From assembly GCF_964213995.1 (NCBI RefSeq), contig NW_027590593.1, positions 1 through 64,000 on the forward strand: DNA of 64,000 nucleotides, in the 5' to 3' direction. A model generated the notes under the pieces. That model saw only the letters and a program-made list of their open reading frames with translations. It was not told where the DNA came from and did no database searches. The DNA is from Mustelus asterias. Lineage: Eukaryota. Each line of letters begins with the position of its first letter. Position 1 is the stretch's first letter. The position numbers and the translations under genes are program-made. Shown piece after piece: positions 37,578-46,999 of this stretch.

Positions 37578-40500
37578 CAGAAAGAGAGACAGGCAGTAAT
37601 TAGTGGGGTGCCACAGGGATCAGTGCCGGGACCCCAGCTATTCACAATATACATATTAATAATTTGAATGAGGGAACAAAATGTAACATCTCAAACTTTG
37701 CAGATGATAACAAGTTGGTTGGGAGGGTGAACTGTGACGGGGATGCAGAGATCCTTCAGAATGATCTGGACAGGTTGGGTGAGTGGGCTAATCAATGGCA
37801 GATGCAGTATAATTTGGATAAACGTGAGGTTATTCACTTTGGAAGCAAAAACAAGGCGGCAGATTATTACCTGAATGGCTAAATTGGGAGAGGGGAGTGT
37901 GCAGCGGGACCTGGGTGTCTTTGTGCACCAGTCGCTGAAGGTAAGCATGCAGGTGCAGCAGGCGGTAAAGAAGGCAAATGGTATGTTGGCCTTCATTGCG
38001 AGAGGTTTTGAGTACAGGAGTTGGGATGTGTTGTTGCAGTTATACAGGACCTTGGTGAGGCCACACCTAGAGTATTGTGTGCAGTTTTGGCCTCTTTTTC
38101 TGAGGAAGGATATTGTTGCTCTCTAGGGAGTGCAGCGAAGGTTTACCAGGCTGATTCTGGGGATGGCGCGACTGATGTATGAGGAGAGATTGGCTGGCTT
38201 AGGATTGTTTTCACTGCAGTTCGGACAAATGAGGGGGGATCTCATAGAGACTTATAAAATTCTTACTGGACTGGACAGGGTAGATGGAGGGAGGATGTTA
38301 CCGATGGTGGGGGAGTCCAGAACCAGGGGTCACAGTCTAAGCATTCAGGGTAGACCATTTAGGATGGAGGTGAGGAGACATTTCTTCACCAAAAAAACTG
38401 GTGAGCCTGTGGAATTCATTACCACAGGAAGTAGTTGATGCCAAAACATTGAATGTATTCAAGAGGCGGCTGGATATAGCACTTAGGGCGAATGGGATCA
38501 AAGGTTATGGGGAGAAAGCAGGATTAGGCTATTGAGTTGGACGATCAGCCATGATCGTCCAACTCAATGGCTGAGCAGGCTTGATGGGCCAAATGGCCTC
38601 CTCCTGCTCCTATCTTCAATGTTTCGATGTTTCTACATAAAGAGAGAGAGAGACGGATAGAGAGGGAGAGGCAGACAGATATAGAGAGAGAGAGAGACAG
38701 ATAAAGACAGAGACACAGAGAGAGACAGTGGGAGAGAGAAAATGACAGAGTGAGGCAACAACACACGATTTGAAGATTGCTGGATCACGGATCAGGTACA
38801 GCATCATTCTCCCCGTAGCTCTCATTCCCAACATTTTCTCTCTGTCCCTCATTCCCGACACCCTTCCCATATCTCATTTCCAACACCTTCCCCATATTCC
38901 TCAATCCTCTACCTACCCATCTTCTCCCCGTATCCCTCAATTTCCACTTACCCACCTTCTCTGCATATCCCTCAATCCCCACCTTCTCACGATATCCCTC
39001 AATCCCCACTACTCCGCATAACCCTCAATCCCCACCTTCTCCCCTGATCCCTTAATCCCCACCTTCTCACAATATCCCTCAATCCCCACCTACTCAGCAT
39101 AACCCTCAATCCCAACCTACCCACCTTCTCCTCTTATCCCTCAATCCCCACCTTCTCCCCGTATCCCTCAATCTCCACCTACCCACCCTCTCCCCATCTC
39201 CCTCAATCACCGACTACCCACCTTCTCCCAGTTTCGCTCAATCCCCACCTCCTCTCTATATCCCTCACTTGCCCACGTATCTGCCTTCTCCCTGTGTTGC
39301 TTTGTGTACTGAGGCCTGTGGGAGTGGATTTAATGGATGGGTCTGATAGAGGGGAGAATGTACTTTGAATGTTCTCTGAAATCTTACCAGTGCCTCCATG
39401 GTGAGCAATGTATGGTTCATGTTAGCGAGTGAGTAGGCTGCCTGGTACGTCCCATCATTAATCTCACTGTTCCCATAGAAACCAATTCCAATTCCCGTAC
39501 TATAAAACAGAATTGGAGATTGGTTAAAGGCAAAAACAAAGTCACTCCCAGTGTCTGTTATTCTATATATAAACCACCTGAATCCCTCGATTAGATTCCA
39601 GTCTGTAACTCACTCCCAGGTATCTGTTATTCTGTATATAAACCCCCCAAACATCGCGATTAGATTCCAGTTTGTAATTCATTCCTGGGTATCTGTTGTT
39701 CTATTTATAAACCACCCCAAACCCCTTGATTAGGTTCCAGTCTGTAACTCAGTCCCAGGTATCTGTTATTTTATATATAAACCACCCTGAGCCTCTTGAT
39801 TAGATTCCCGTCTGTAACTCACTCCCGGGAATCTGCTATTCTATATATGAACCACACCGAATCCCTCAATTAGATTTTAGTTTGTAACTCACTTCGGGAT
39901 ATCTGTTATTCTATATATAAACCCCGAACCCCTCGATTAGATTCCAGTCTGTAACTCACTCCTGGGTGTCTGACATTGTATATATAAATCACCCCGAATC
40001 CCTCAATTAGATTCCAGCCTGTAACTCACTCCTGGGTATCCATTGTGTCTGAATGGTCTGCAGATGTTTAACTTTTAGTGTGCTAAAGATCTTCAATCAA
40101 GCAAACCTGATTTTTGGTTAAAGTTGTTTTTTCACTATGCTGGGATTTCTTGTGGCCAGTGGCTTGGAACTTGTCAGAGGACACAAGCATCCGATTTAAT
40201 AGCTTGTCCTTGGCAGGGAAGAGTTCTTTACAGACTTTTGGAGCCAGTGTTCTCTATCTGGACATTGGAATGTAAACAATATGTACATAAGAGGCCTAAA
40301 TGTGATGGAGTCTGGAGTGTCCAATACCAATACACCAGCTTTATTAATTGGCCTAATTGAACGATGCAATTGAGGTATCTGATCAATTCATTGGCTGGTT
40401 ACCAAGGAACTTTTGGAGTTTTAACTCTGCTAACACAAAGCGCTTGTTCAGAAAGGCAGTCTGACGAGTGCGGGCACCAAGCTCAGAAGGAGACACAACA

Positions 40501-43500
40501 GCTGGAAGAAGAAGAGGACAAAGGGCTGATTCCATGTGACAACAAAATCCTGGCCAGGTTTTAATTGCAAGTGGAAATCAACCTTAAGGTAAGTAAAGTA
40601 ACAGATAGTGAGTATTTGGTTTATGCATTGCAGGTATTCATTGTTGGTTAAGTAGCTACAGAATAAAGGAAATTGTGTTGAAATATTTAAAGTCGACTTT
40701 GTGACTATATTCGTCACAGAGGTTAAAACACACAGGTTTGAACAACACTGTTATTCGATATATAAACTACCCCAAATCCCTCGATTAGATTCCAGTCTGT
40801 AACTCACTCTCAGGTATGTTATTCTATATATAAACCCCCTGAGCCCCTCAATTCGATTCCAGTCTGTAACTCACTCCCGGGTATCTGTTATTCTATATAT
40901 AAACTCCCTCAACCCCTTGTTTAGATTCCAGTCTGTAACTCACTCCAGGTATCAGTTATTTTATATATAAACCACCCCGAACCCCTCTATTAGATTCTAG
41001 TCTGTAACTCACTCCAGGGTATCTGTTATTCTATATATAAACCATCCCGAACCCCTCGATTAGATTCCAGCCTGTAATTAACACCCAGGTATCTGTTATT
41101 CTGTATATAAATCACCCTGAAACCCTCGATTAGATTCCAATCTGAAAATCACTCCCAGGTATCTGTTATTCAATACAGAAACCACCTCAAACCCCTTGAT
41201 TAGATTCTAGCCTGTAACTCACTCCCAGGTATCTGTTATTCTATGTAGAAACCACCCCCAACCCCTTGATTAGATTCCAATCTGTAACTCACTCCGGGTA
41301 TCTGTTATTCTATATATAAAGCACCCTGATCCTGTCACTCACCAGCAGATGATGACTGCTACCACACTGCTCCAATGTGTACAGCATGATTGCTGTTCCT
41401 TTCTCTCCTCTCGCTCCCCCGGGGAACAGCAGCAGAGTCGGAGGATGTAAATGAGAATCAGCAGCAGATTAAGGGCCAGGCACAGAATGGCAAATCCAGC
41501 TATGAAAAGCAGAGCCTGTGGGGGCAGGAGTGGGTGGAGAGGGATAGAGAGAGAGGCAGACGACAAACGGGTTAGGGATTATGAGTTAAAGACCGAGAGA
41601 GAGAAAGAGAGAGAGTGAGACAGGGTGTGAGAGTTTGAGAGAGATGGGGTGAGAAAGGAAGTGGGGAGAGAGATGCGGGGGAGAAAGAAGTTGAGAGAAA
41701 GAGTGGGGGAATGGAGAGAGTGGGAGGAAGATAGAGAATGATTGAAAGGCACAGAGAAAGAGAGAGAGATGCAGACAGGCAGAGAGAGTAAGAAGGAAAG
41801 AGAGATATGGAGATAGAGAACGAGATGGTAAGAGAGATGATTGAAAGATAGAGAGGGTTGGAACAGATGAGGTGGGAATGGAGAGAGTGAGAGAGAGGGA
41901 GACTCCGAATGAGAGGGAGGGAGAGGCCGAGCGGGAGTGAGAGATGGACAGAGAGATGGACAGATAGCGAGAGCAAGGCAAACAAAGAGACAGAGGGATA
42001 GAAACAAATTGAGAGAGAGAAGCAGAAAGAGAGGGAGAGATGAGGGAAGAGCAATGGGGAGAGATATGTTAGTAAAGCATTTCACTGCACAAGTGGTTTG
42101 TTTTGTGTGTGTGTGCGTGTATACAGGTATGTGTGTGTATGTGTGTATACAGGTGAGTGTCTGTGTGTGTGTGTGAGCAGATTGTGTGTGTGTATGTGTG
42201 TGCAGATGAGTGTGTGTGTGCATGTACAGGTGAATGTGTGTGTGTGTATGTGTACAGGTGAGTGTGTGTGTGTATGTGTACAGGTGAGTGTGTGTGTGTA
42301 TGTGTGTCTGTGTGTGTGCAGGTGAGTGTGTGTGAGTCAGTGTGTGTGAAAGAGTCAGTGTGCATAAGTCAGTGTGTAGTGTTTATTGAGTGTGTTAGAG
42401 TGTGTACCTGTGATTGTGTGTGTCTGTGCCTGCGATTGGATAGATGACTGTGGGGGGTAGGATCAGTAAATTTGCAGATGACACAAAGATTTGACAGTGA
42501 GGCGGAGTGTCTTGGATTACAAGAATATATAGACGGAATGGTTAAATGGGTAGGTAAGTGGCAGATGGAATTTAACCCTGAAAAGTGTAAGGTGATGCAC
42601 TTTGGAAGGAATAATTTGACAAGGAAATATTCAATGAATGGCATGACAGTAGAAAGTTCTGTGGATCAAAGGGACCTTGACGTGTTTGTCCACAGATCTC
42701 CGACGGCAGAAGGGCATGTTAGTAGGGTGGTGAAAAAGGCATATGGCACACTCACCTTTATCAATCGAGGCATAGATTACAAAGCAGGGAAGTCATGATG
42801 GAGTTGTATAGAACTTTGGTGAGGCCACAGCTAGAGCACTGGGTGCAGTTCTGGTCACCACTTTATAGGAAGGATGTGATCGCTCTGGAGGGGTTGCAGA
42901 GGAAATTCACCAGGATGCTGCCTGGGATGGAACATTTAAGTTATGAGGAGAGGTTGGATAGATTTGATTTATTTTCACTGGAGCAGAGGAGACTGAGGGG
43001 CGACCTGATCGAGGTGGGCAAAATTATGAGAGACATGGAGAGTGTGGATAGGGAACAACTGTTCCCCTTTGTTGAAGGGTCAATCACACGGGGACACAGG
43101 TTCAAGGTGAGGGGCAGGAGGTTTAGGGGGATGTGAGGAAAAGCTTTTTTACTCAGAGGGTGGTGATGGTCTGGAATGCGCTGCCTAGGAGGATGATAGA
43201 GGCGGGTTGCCTCACATGCTTGAAAAGTTACCTGGATGAGCACTTGGCATGCCATAACATTCAGGGCTATTGGCCAAGTGCTGGCAGATGGGATTGGGTG
43301 GGAGGTCAGGGGTTTCTCACATTCAGTGCAGACTCGATGGGCCGAAGGGCCTCTTTTACACTGTCTATGATTTATTGTGTGAATGTGTGCAGTGTGACTT
43401 AATGTGTGAGTGTGTGTATGAATGCATGTGTGTCTTTCTGTGTTTGTCTTTCTGTGTGTGTATTTGTGTGTGTGTACCTCTGTGTGTGTATGTGCGTGTG

Positions 43501-44900
43501 CGTGTGTGTGTGTGTGTGTATAGGAGTGAAAATCGAACCCAATCAGATTCTAACTGGAACACCCAAAGAATCCGTGTATCTAAATGTGGCACAGAAATTC
43601 TGACATGTGGTACGCCCTCAGTACTGACCCCCTGACAGTGCGGCTCTCCCTCAGTACTGACCCCCTGACAGTGCGGCACTCCCTCAGTACTGACCCCCTG
43701 ACAGTGCGGCTCGCCCTCAGTACTGACCCCCTGACAGTGCGGCTCTCCCTCAGTACCGACCCCCTGACAGTGCGGCTCTCCCTCAGTACCGACCCCATGA
43801 CAGTGCGGCACTCCCTCAGTACTGACCCCCTGACAGTGCGGCACTCCCTCAGTACTGACCCTCTGACAGTGCGGCACTCCCTCAGTACTGACCCCCTGAC
43901 AGTGCAGCACTCCCTCAATACTGACCCTCTGACAGTGCAGCACTCCCTCAGTACAGACCCTCTGACAGCGCAGCACTTCCTCAGTACTGACCCCCTGACA
44001 GTGCAGCACTTCCTCAACACTGACCCTCCGACAGTGCGGCACTCCCTCAGTACTGACACTCTGACAGTGCAGCACTCCCTCAGTACTGACCCTCTGACAG
44101 TGCGGCACTCCCTCAGTACTGACCCTCTGACAGTGCAGCACTCCCTCAGTACTGACCCTCTGACAGTGCGGCACTCCCTCAGTACTGACCCTCTGACAGT
44201 GCGGCACTCCCTCAGTACTGACCCTCTGACAGTGCGGCACTCACTCAGTACTGACCCTCTGACAGTGCAGCACTCCCTCAGTACAGACCCTCTGACAGCG
44301 CAGCACTTCCTCAGTACTGACCCCCTGACAGTGCAGCACTTCCTCAACACTGACCCTCCGACAGTGTGGCACTCCCTCAGTACTGACCCTCTGACAGTGC
44401 AGCACTCCCTCAGTACAGACCATCTGGCAGTGCAGCACTCCCTCAGCACTGACCCTCTGACAGTACAGCAATCCCTCAGTACTGACCTTCTGACAGTGCA
44501 GCACTCCCTCAGTACAGACCATCTAGCAGTGCGGCACTCCCTCAGTACAGACCATCTAGCAGTGCGGCACTCCCTCAGGACTGACCCTCTGACAGTACAG
44601 CAATTCCTCAGTACTGACCCTCTGACAGTGCGGTACTCCCTCAGCACTGACCCTCTGACAATGCAACACTCCCTCAGTACTGACCCTCTGAATGTTTCCT
44701 TGCTCTTCAACTGTGTTGTACCTCACCCACTCGCACTGGGACACCCAGCGATCTAACTTCTCCCTGCACCTCACCTGCTGGTACTCCCACTCACGAGGTG
44801 AGAAGATGCTGTCGACGGGTTCGAGGCGCAGGTTGAGGTGGGGCAGTCCATGAAGTGCTTGCGCCCAGCGGGAGGGAGCATAGCCCATGGCCTTATCCAT
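12634..44900 (-). CDS. ttyh1: Protein tweety homolog 1-like, 12 coding exons, 483 aa
   Basis: Exons 44775-44900, 41343-41515, 39388-39499, 36608-36828, 32589-32684, 31553-31625, 29129-29204, 27895-27950, 21162-21254, 14369-14461, 13685-13830 and 12634-12820 sum to 1452 nt in one open frame. Motifs [47 protein letters not shown] and DPF match the tweety family, closest to recalled TTYH1. Confidence 0.9.
13067..13193. mobile_element. Short MITE-like element; related copy at ~47418-47542
   Basis: Imperfect terminal inverted repeats GGCCGGAATTTTACC / GGTAAAAGTGCGCCC; flanked by duplicated GTGTCCACACTCACA. Confidence 0.45.
13685..13830 (-). CDS. ttyh1: TTYH1-like exon 11 ([16 protein letters not shown]...[11 protein letters not shown]), last TM helix
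   Basis: CAG acceptor, GTGAGT donor, 146 nt, phase fits. Confidence 0.9.
13900..14350. repeat. 27-bp minisatellite CCCCACCCTCTCCCCGTCTCCCTCAAT, ~16 copies
   Basis: Tandem array; 9-aa periodic ORFs; degenerate relative at 38860-39290. Confidence 0.95.
14369..14461 (-). CDS. ttyh1: TTYH1-like exon 10 ([31 protein letters not shown])
   Basis: CAG acceptor, GTGGGT donor, 93 nt. Confidence 0.9.
14627..14968 (+). mobile_element. HE1-like SINE
   Basis: tRNA-like head, conserved core and (TTTCTATGA)n tail. Confidence 0.85.
15150..16050 (+). mobile_element. Degenerate CR1 fragments followed by a SINE 5' half (15896-16050)
   Basis: [11 protein letters not shown] remnant at 15551; SINE head GGCACGGTGGCACAGTGGTTAGC. 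Confidence 0.75.
16051..19990 (-). mobile_element. Near full-length decayed CR1 (ORF1 esterase remnant, APE endonuclease, RT, tail) with a small nested CR1 tail at ~18250-18390
   Basis: Collinear ORFs 19782..19979 (IPLQNRY), 19439..19711 ([10 protein letters not shown]), 18473..18829 (RPPN, DLIL), 17408..17770 and 16192..17415 (RT). Confidence 0.92.
20400..21060 (+). mobile_element. Degenerate CR1 3' fragment
   Basis: [11 protein letters not shown] and YSLEFRR remnants; CR1-type 3' UTR. Confidence 0.7.
21162..21254 (-). CDS. ttyh1: TTYH1-like exon 9 ([31 protein letters not shown])
   Basis: CAG acceptor, GTAATG donor, 93 nt; resembles TTYH1 RLTLSQRALANIHSQ...FPSAQ. Confidence 0.92.
21285..21600. 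repeat. 90-bp tandem repeat, ~3.5 copies, containing the 33-mer core
   Basis: (G/A)AGTATATACAT recurs at 21371, 21461 and 21551. Confidence 0.85.
21650..21820. mobile_element. Penelope-like terminal inverted-repeat remnant
   Basis: ACCAGGTTAAAGTCCAACAGGTTTATTT and its inverse in a hairpin arrangement. Confidence 0.7.
22680..23350. repeat. Purine-rich low-complexity tract (GA, GGA, poly-G)
   Basis: Directly visible. Confidence 0.9.
23380..27548 (+). mobile_element. Near full-length CR1 (ORF1 zinc finger/coiled coil/SGNH esterase; ORF2 APE-RT), frameshifted and 3'-truncated
   Basis: CIRC..HICARC and [12 protein letters not shown]; [22 protein letters not shown]; AVTETWL, YRPPN, SDHN; RT motifs in 26365..27554. 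Confidence 0.93.
25532..26127 (+). mobile_element. CR1 3' fragment nested in the long CR1
   Basis: ORF 25547..26029 is very similar to 6514..7125; (TTCTTATG)n tail; host ORF2 resumes after it. Confidence 0.9.
27895..27950 (-). CDS. ttyh1: TTYH1-like exon 8 ([19 protein letters not shown])
   Basis: CAG acceptor, GTGAGT donor, 56 nt. Confidence 0.92.
27979..28883. repeat. 69-bp minisatellite, ~13 copies; single inverted unit at ~35533-35620
   Basis: Unit AGTAAAGCTCCCTCTACACTGTCCCCATCAAACACTCCCAGGACAGGTACAGCACGGGGTTAGATACAG; 23-aa periodic ORF. Confidence 0.95.
29129..29204 (-). CDS. ttyh1: TTYH1-like exon 7 ([25 protein letters not shown])
   Basis: AAG acceptor, GTAAGA donor, 76 nt. Confidence 0.92.
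29394..31330 (+). repeat. 33-bp minisatellite, ~58 copies
   Basis: Same unit as 11487-12010. Confidence 0.97.
31553..31625 (-). CDS. ttyh1: TTYH1-like exon 6 ([24 protein letters not shown])
   Basis: CAG acceptor, GTAAGT donor, 73 nt. Confidence 0.92.
31685..32565. repeat. GA-rich tract including an 18-bp repeat (GAGAGGGAGAGAAACGGA) at ~32220-32400
   Basis: Directly visible. Confidence 0.9.
32589..32684 (-). CDS. ttyh1: TTYH1-like exon 5 ([31 protein letters not shown])
   Basis: CAG acceptor, GTAAGT donor, 96 nt; an alternative duplicated acceptor would start the exon at 32762. Confidence 0.9.
32963..33290 (+). mobile_element. HE1-like SINE
   Basis: tRNA-like head, core and tail. Confidence 0.85.
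33575..33970 (+). mobile_element. Penelope-like element GIY-YIG endonuclease fragment
   Basis: [27 protein letters not shown]...FAEHLRSV......PV..HFN. Confidence 0.85.
34270..35348. mobile_element. Two tail-to-tail CR1 3' fragments (34270-34575 +, 34578-35348 -)
   Basis: ORF 34577..35347 is an RT C-terminus; 3' UTR motifs on both strands. Confidence 0.88.
36113..36450 (+). mobile_element. HE1-like SINE
   Basis: GGGCGGCATGGTGGCTTAGTGGTTAGC head and conserved core. Confidence 0.8.
36608..36828 (-). CDS. ttyh1: TTYH1-like exon 4 ([21 protein letters not shown]...AEDH)
   Basis: CAG acceptor, GTGAGG donor, 221 nt; ARRQAE and LAFW motifs. Confidence 0.93.
37232..37398. other. Assembly gap (N run) within intron 3
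   Basis: N bases. Confidence 1.
37595..38635 (+). mobile_element. Degenerate CR1 3' fragment
   Basis: [22 protein letters not shown] motifs with stops and frameshifts. Confidence 0.88.
39388..39499 (-). CDS. ttyh1: TTYH1-like exon 3 ([16 protein letters not shown]...[10 protein letters not shown])
   Basis: TAG acceptor, GTAAGA donor, 112 nt; tweety signature GFYGNSE. Confidence 0.95.
39541..41335. repeat. ~70-bp minisatellite in two blocks (39541-40040, 40748-41335) separated by a ~700-bp insert
   Basis: Unit ACTCACTCCCAGGTATCTGTTATTCTATATATAAACCACCCCGAACCCCTCGATTAGATTCCAGTCTGTA. Confidence 0.92.
41343..41515 (-). CDS. ttyh1: TTYH1-like exon 2 ([30 protein letters not shown]...VVAVIIC)
   Basis: CAG acceptor, GTGAGT donor, 173 nt; TM1, CCC motif and start of TM2. 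Confidence 0.95.
41590..42430. repeat. GA-rich then GT-rich microsatellite tracts
   Basis: Directly visible. Confidence 0.9.
42460..43370 (+). mobile_element. Degenerate CR1 3' fragment
   Basis: [21 protein letters not shown] and WNALP motifs. Confidence 0.88.
43610..44690 (-). repeat. 33-bp minisatellite, ~32 copies, inverted relative to the other two arrays
   Basis: Reverse complement of the unit at 29394-31330. Confidence 0.96.
44775..44900 (-). CDS. ttyh1: TTYH1-like first coding exon ([20 protein letters not shown]...EWEYQQ)
   Basis: Kozak CCCACCATGG, 42 codons, GTGAGG donor; resembles the TTYH1 N-terminus GYRPSAW...EYQQ. Confidence 0.93.
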
Positions 44901-45251
44901 GGTGGGCACCGCACTTAATGCTGGGCTGGCAGTGTTCGGATCCCAGGACGAGCGGGCGCAGGGCGGAACGTGCACCTGGATCGTAATGCAGACGAGGCCT
45001 CCCTCCTCCCAGCTCTGAGCGACCTGGATCCTGCAGCCTCTCCCTCCTACTTCCAGCTAGCCAGCTCCCAGTGAATGTGCTACAGGCCTGGATTTAAGGC
45101 CCGGGTGTCACCCACACAGATGATACCATTGTACGGTTGGGTGATGCCCTCACCCACTCTCGCGCGCGCATATACACACACACACACACAAAGGGTTTTT
45201 ATATTGCTGTGTGAATGAAGATTCAGAGAGTTCAATGCAACAGCAAAGGAA

Positions 45252-45386
45252 NNNNNNNNNNNNNNNNNNNNNNNNNNNNNNNNNNNNNNNNNNNNNNNNN
45301 NNNNNNNNNNNNNNNNNNNNNNNNNNNNNNNNNNNNNNNNNNNNNNNNNNNNNNNNNNNNNNNNNNNNNNNNNNNNNNNNNNNNNN
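45252..45386. other. Assembly gap (N run) just upstream of the tweety gene
   Basis: N bases. Confidence 1.
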
Positions 45387-46709
45387 GAGACAGATACTGA
45401 CAGAGAGACTGAGAGAGACACAGAGAGAGAAAGACACACAGTGAGAGGGAGGCAGAGAGAGGAAGACACAGAGTGAGTGCCAGAGAGAGAGAGTGAGGGT
45501 GACAGAGATTGAGTGTGACAGAGAGAGAGAGAGAGAACTAACATTAGCATACAAAGCCAATATTCTACAATGTCCCCCCACCACCCCTAACTCTGTGCAT
45601 CTAATGCTGAGACACCTTCAAACATCGTGTGGGGTCCCATGATTTCAACGCCCCCTCCACAGGCCTTGAACAGGAACTTACCGAAACCCCCATCGCCCCC
45701 CTGATCCTCCCTCACAACGGATCCCATCCCCCTCTCATCTCCATTGAACCCCAATGGAAAGGATTAAGCGATGAATTCGGAAAGGCCTGAGGCAGGGTTC
45801 AGAGCGAGCGGAGATCACCAACCTCTGTACAGAAAGCTGACATATGGACATATAGATTTGGCACAAGAGGAGGCCATTCAGCCCCTCCACCTGCTCCACC
45901 ATTGAATACCATCATTCCCGATCTCATCTTGGTCTCAGCTCCACTTACCTGCCTGTTCACGGTAGCCCTTCAAACCCTCACTAATTAAAAATCTGTCTAT
46001 CTCTTCCATATATTTACTCAATGTTCCGGCATCCACTGCATTCTGGGGGAGAGAATTCCATGGCCTTTTGAGAGAAGTAATTCCTCCTCATCTGTGTTTT
46101 AAATCTGCTATCCCAAAACGATGACCTCTTGTTGTAGATTACCCTCCATGTGTACTTTGTCAATCCCCCTTATCATCTCAATAAGATCTTCTTTCATTCT
46201 CCTAAACTCCAGGGAGTATACCCTAAACTCCCCAATCTCTCTTCATAAGACAAACCTCTCATCTCCGGAATCAATCTAGTGAACCTCTGAACCATCTCCA
46301 AAGCTGTCGAAGGAGTGCTACATGACCTTCCTTTGTATCCCCTCCTCTGTCTTGCCTAAAGATCCTATACCCCGGAATGGAGATTCAGCAGACTAAGTCC
46401 TGGATGGACAGATTGATTAGGAAAGATTGAGGAAACCTGGTGATATTCTGTAGAGTTGCGAAGAATGAATGGTGATCTTGTTGAAACGTCCAAAATTCTT
46501 ACAGGGTGTAAGAGGGTAGATGTAGGTTGGATATCTCCCCTGGCTGGTGAGACTAGAAGCAGGGGACACATTCTCAGAATCAAGGGAAGAGCATTTCAGC
46601 TTTGCAGGAACACAGCCTGAAACTCTCCACCTCGATCGTTTCCACTCCCTCACCCTCTATTGCTATCCTCCACTAGCTCTGTTACACTCTCTCCATCTCT
46701 AGGAATGTA

Positions 46710-46992
46710 ATCATAGAATCCTTACAGTACAGAAGGAGGCCATTCAGCCCATCAAGTCTGTACCGACCACAATCCCACCCACCTCTAATTTAACCTGCTA
46801 ATTCCCTGACATAAGGGTCAATGGCCAATCAACCTATCCTGCACATCTTTGGAGTGTGGGAGCAAACCGGAACACCAAGAGGAAACCCATGCAGATACAG
46901 GGAGAAAATGCAAACTCCACACAGATAGTGACCTGTGGCCGGAATTGAACTTGCATCCCTGGCACTGTGAGTGCTAGCCACTGTGCCACCCT
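46710..46992 (-). mobile_element. HE1-like SINE
   Basis: Reverse-complement head GCTAGCCACTGTGCCACC and core. Confidence 0.75.
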
Positions 46993-46999
46993 TGCCAAG

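Noticed and set aside
44970-45830. Possible upstream non-coding TTYH1 exon (GTAAGT at ~45681, CAG at ~44976)
   Set aside because: Weak acceptor, an N gap in between, no further support.
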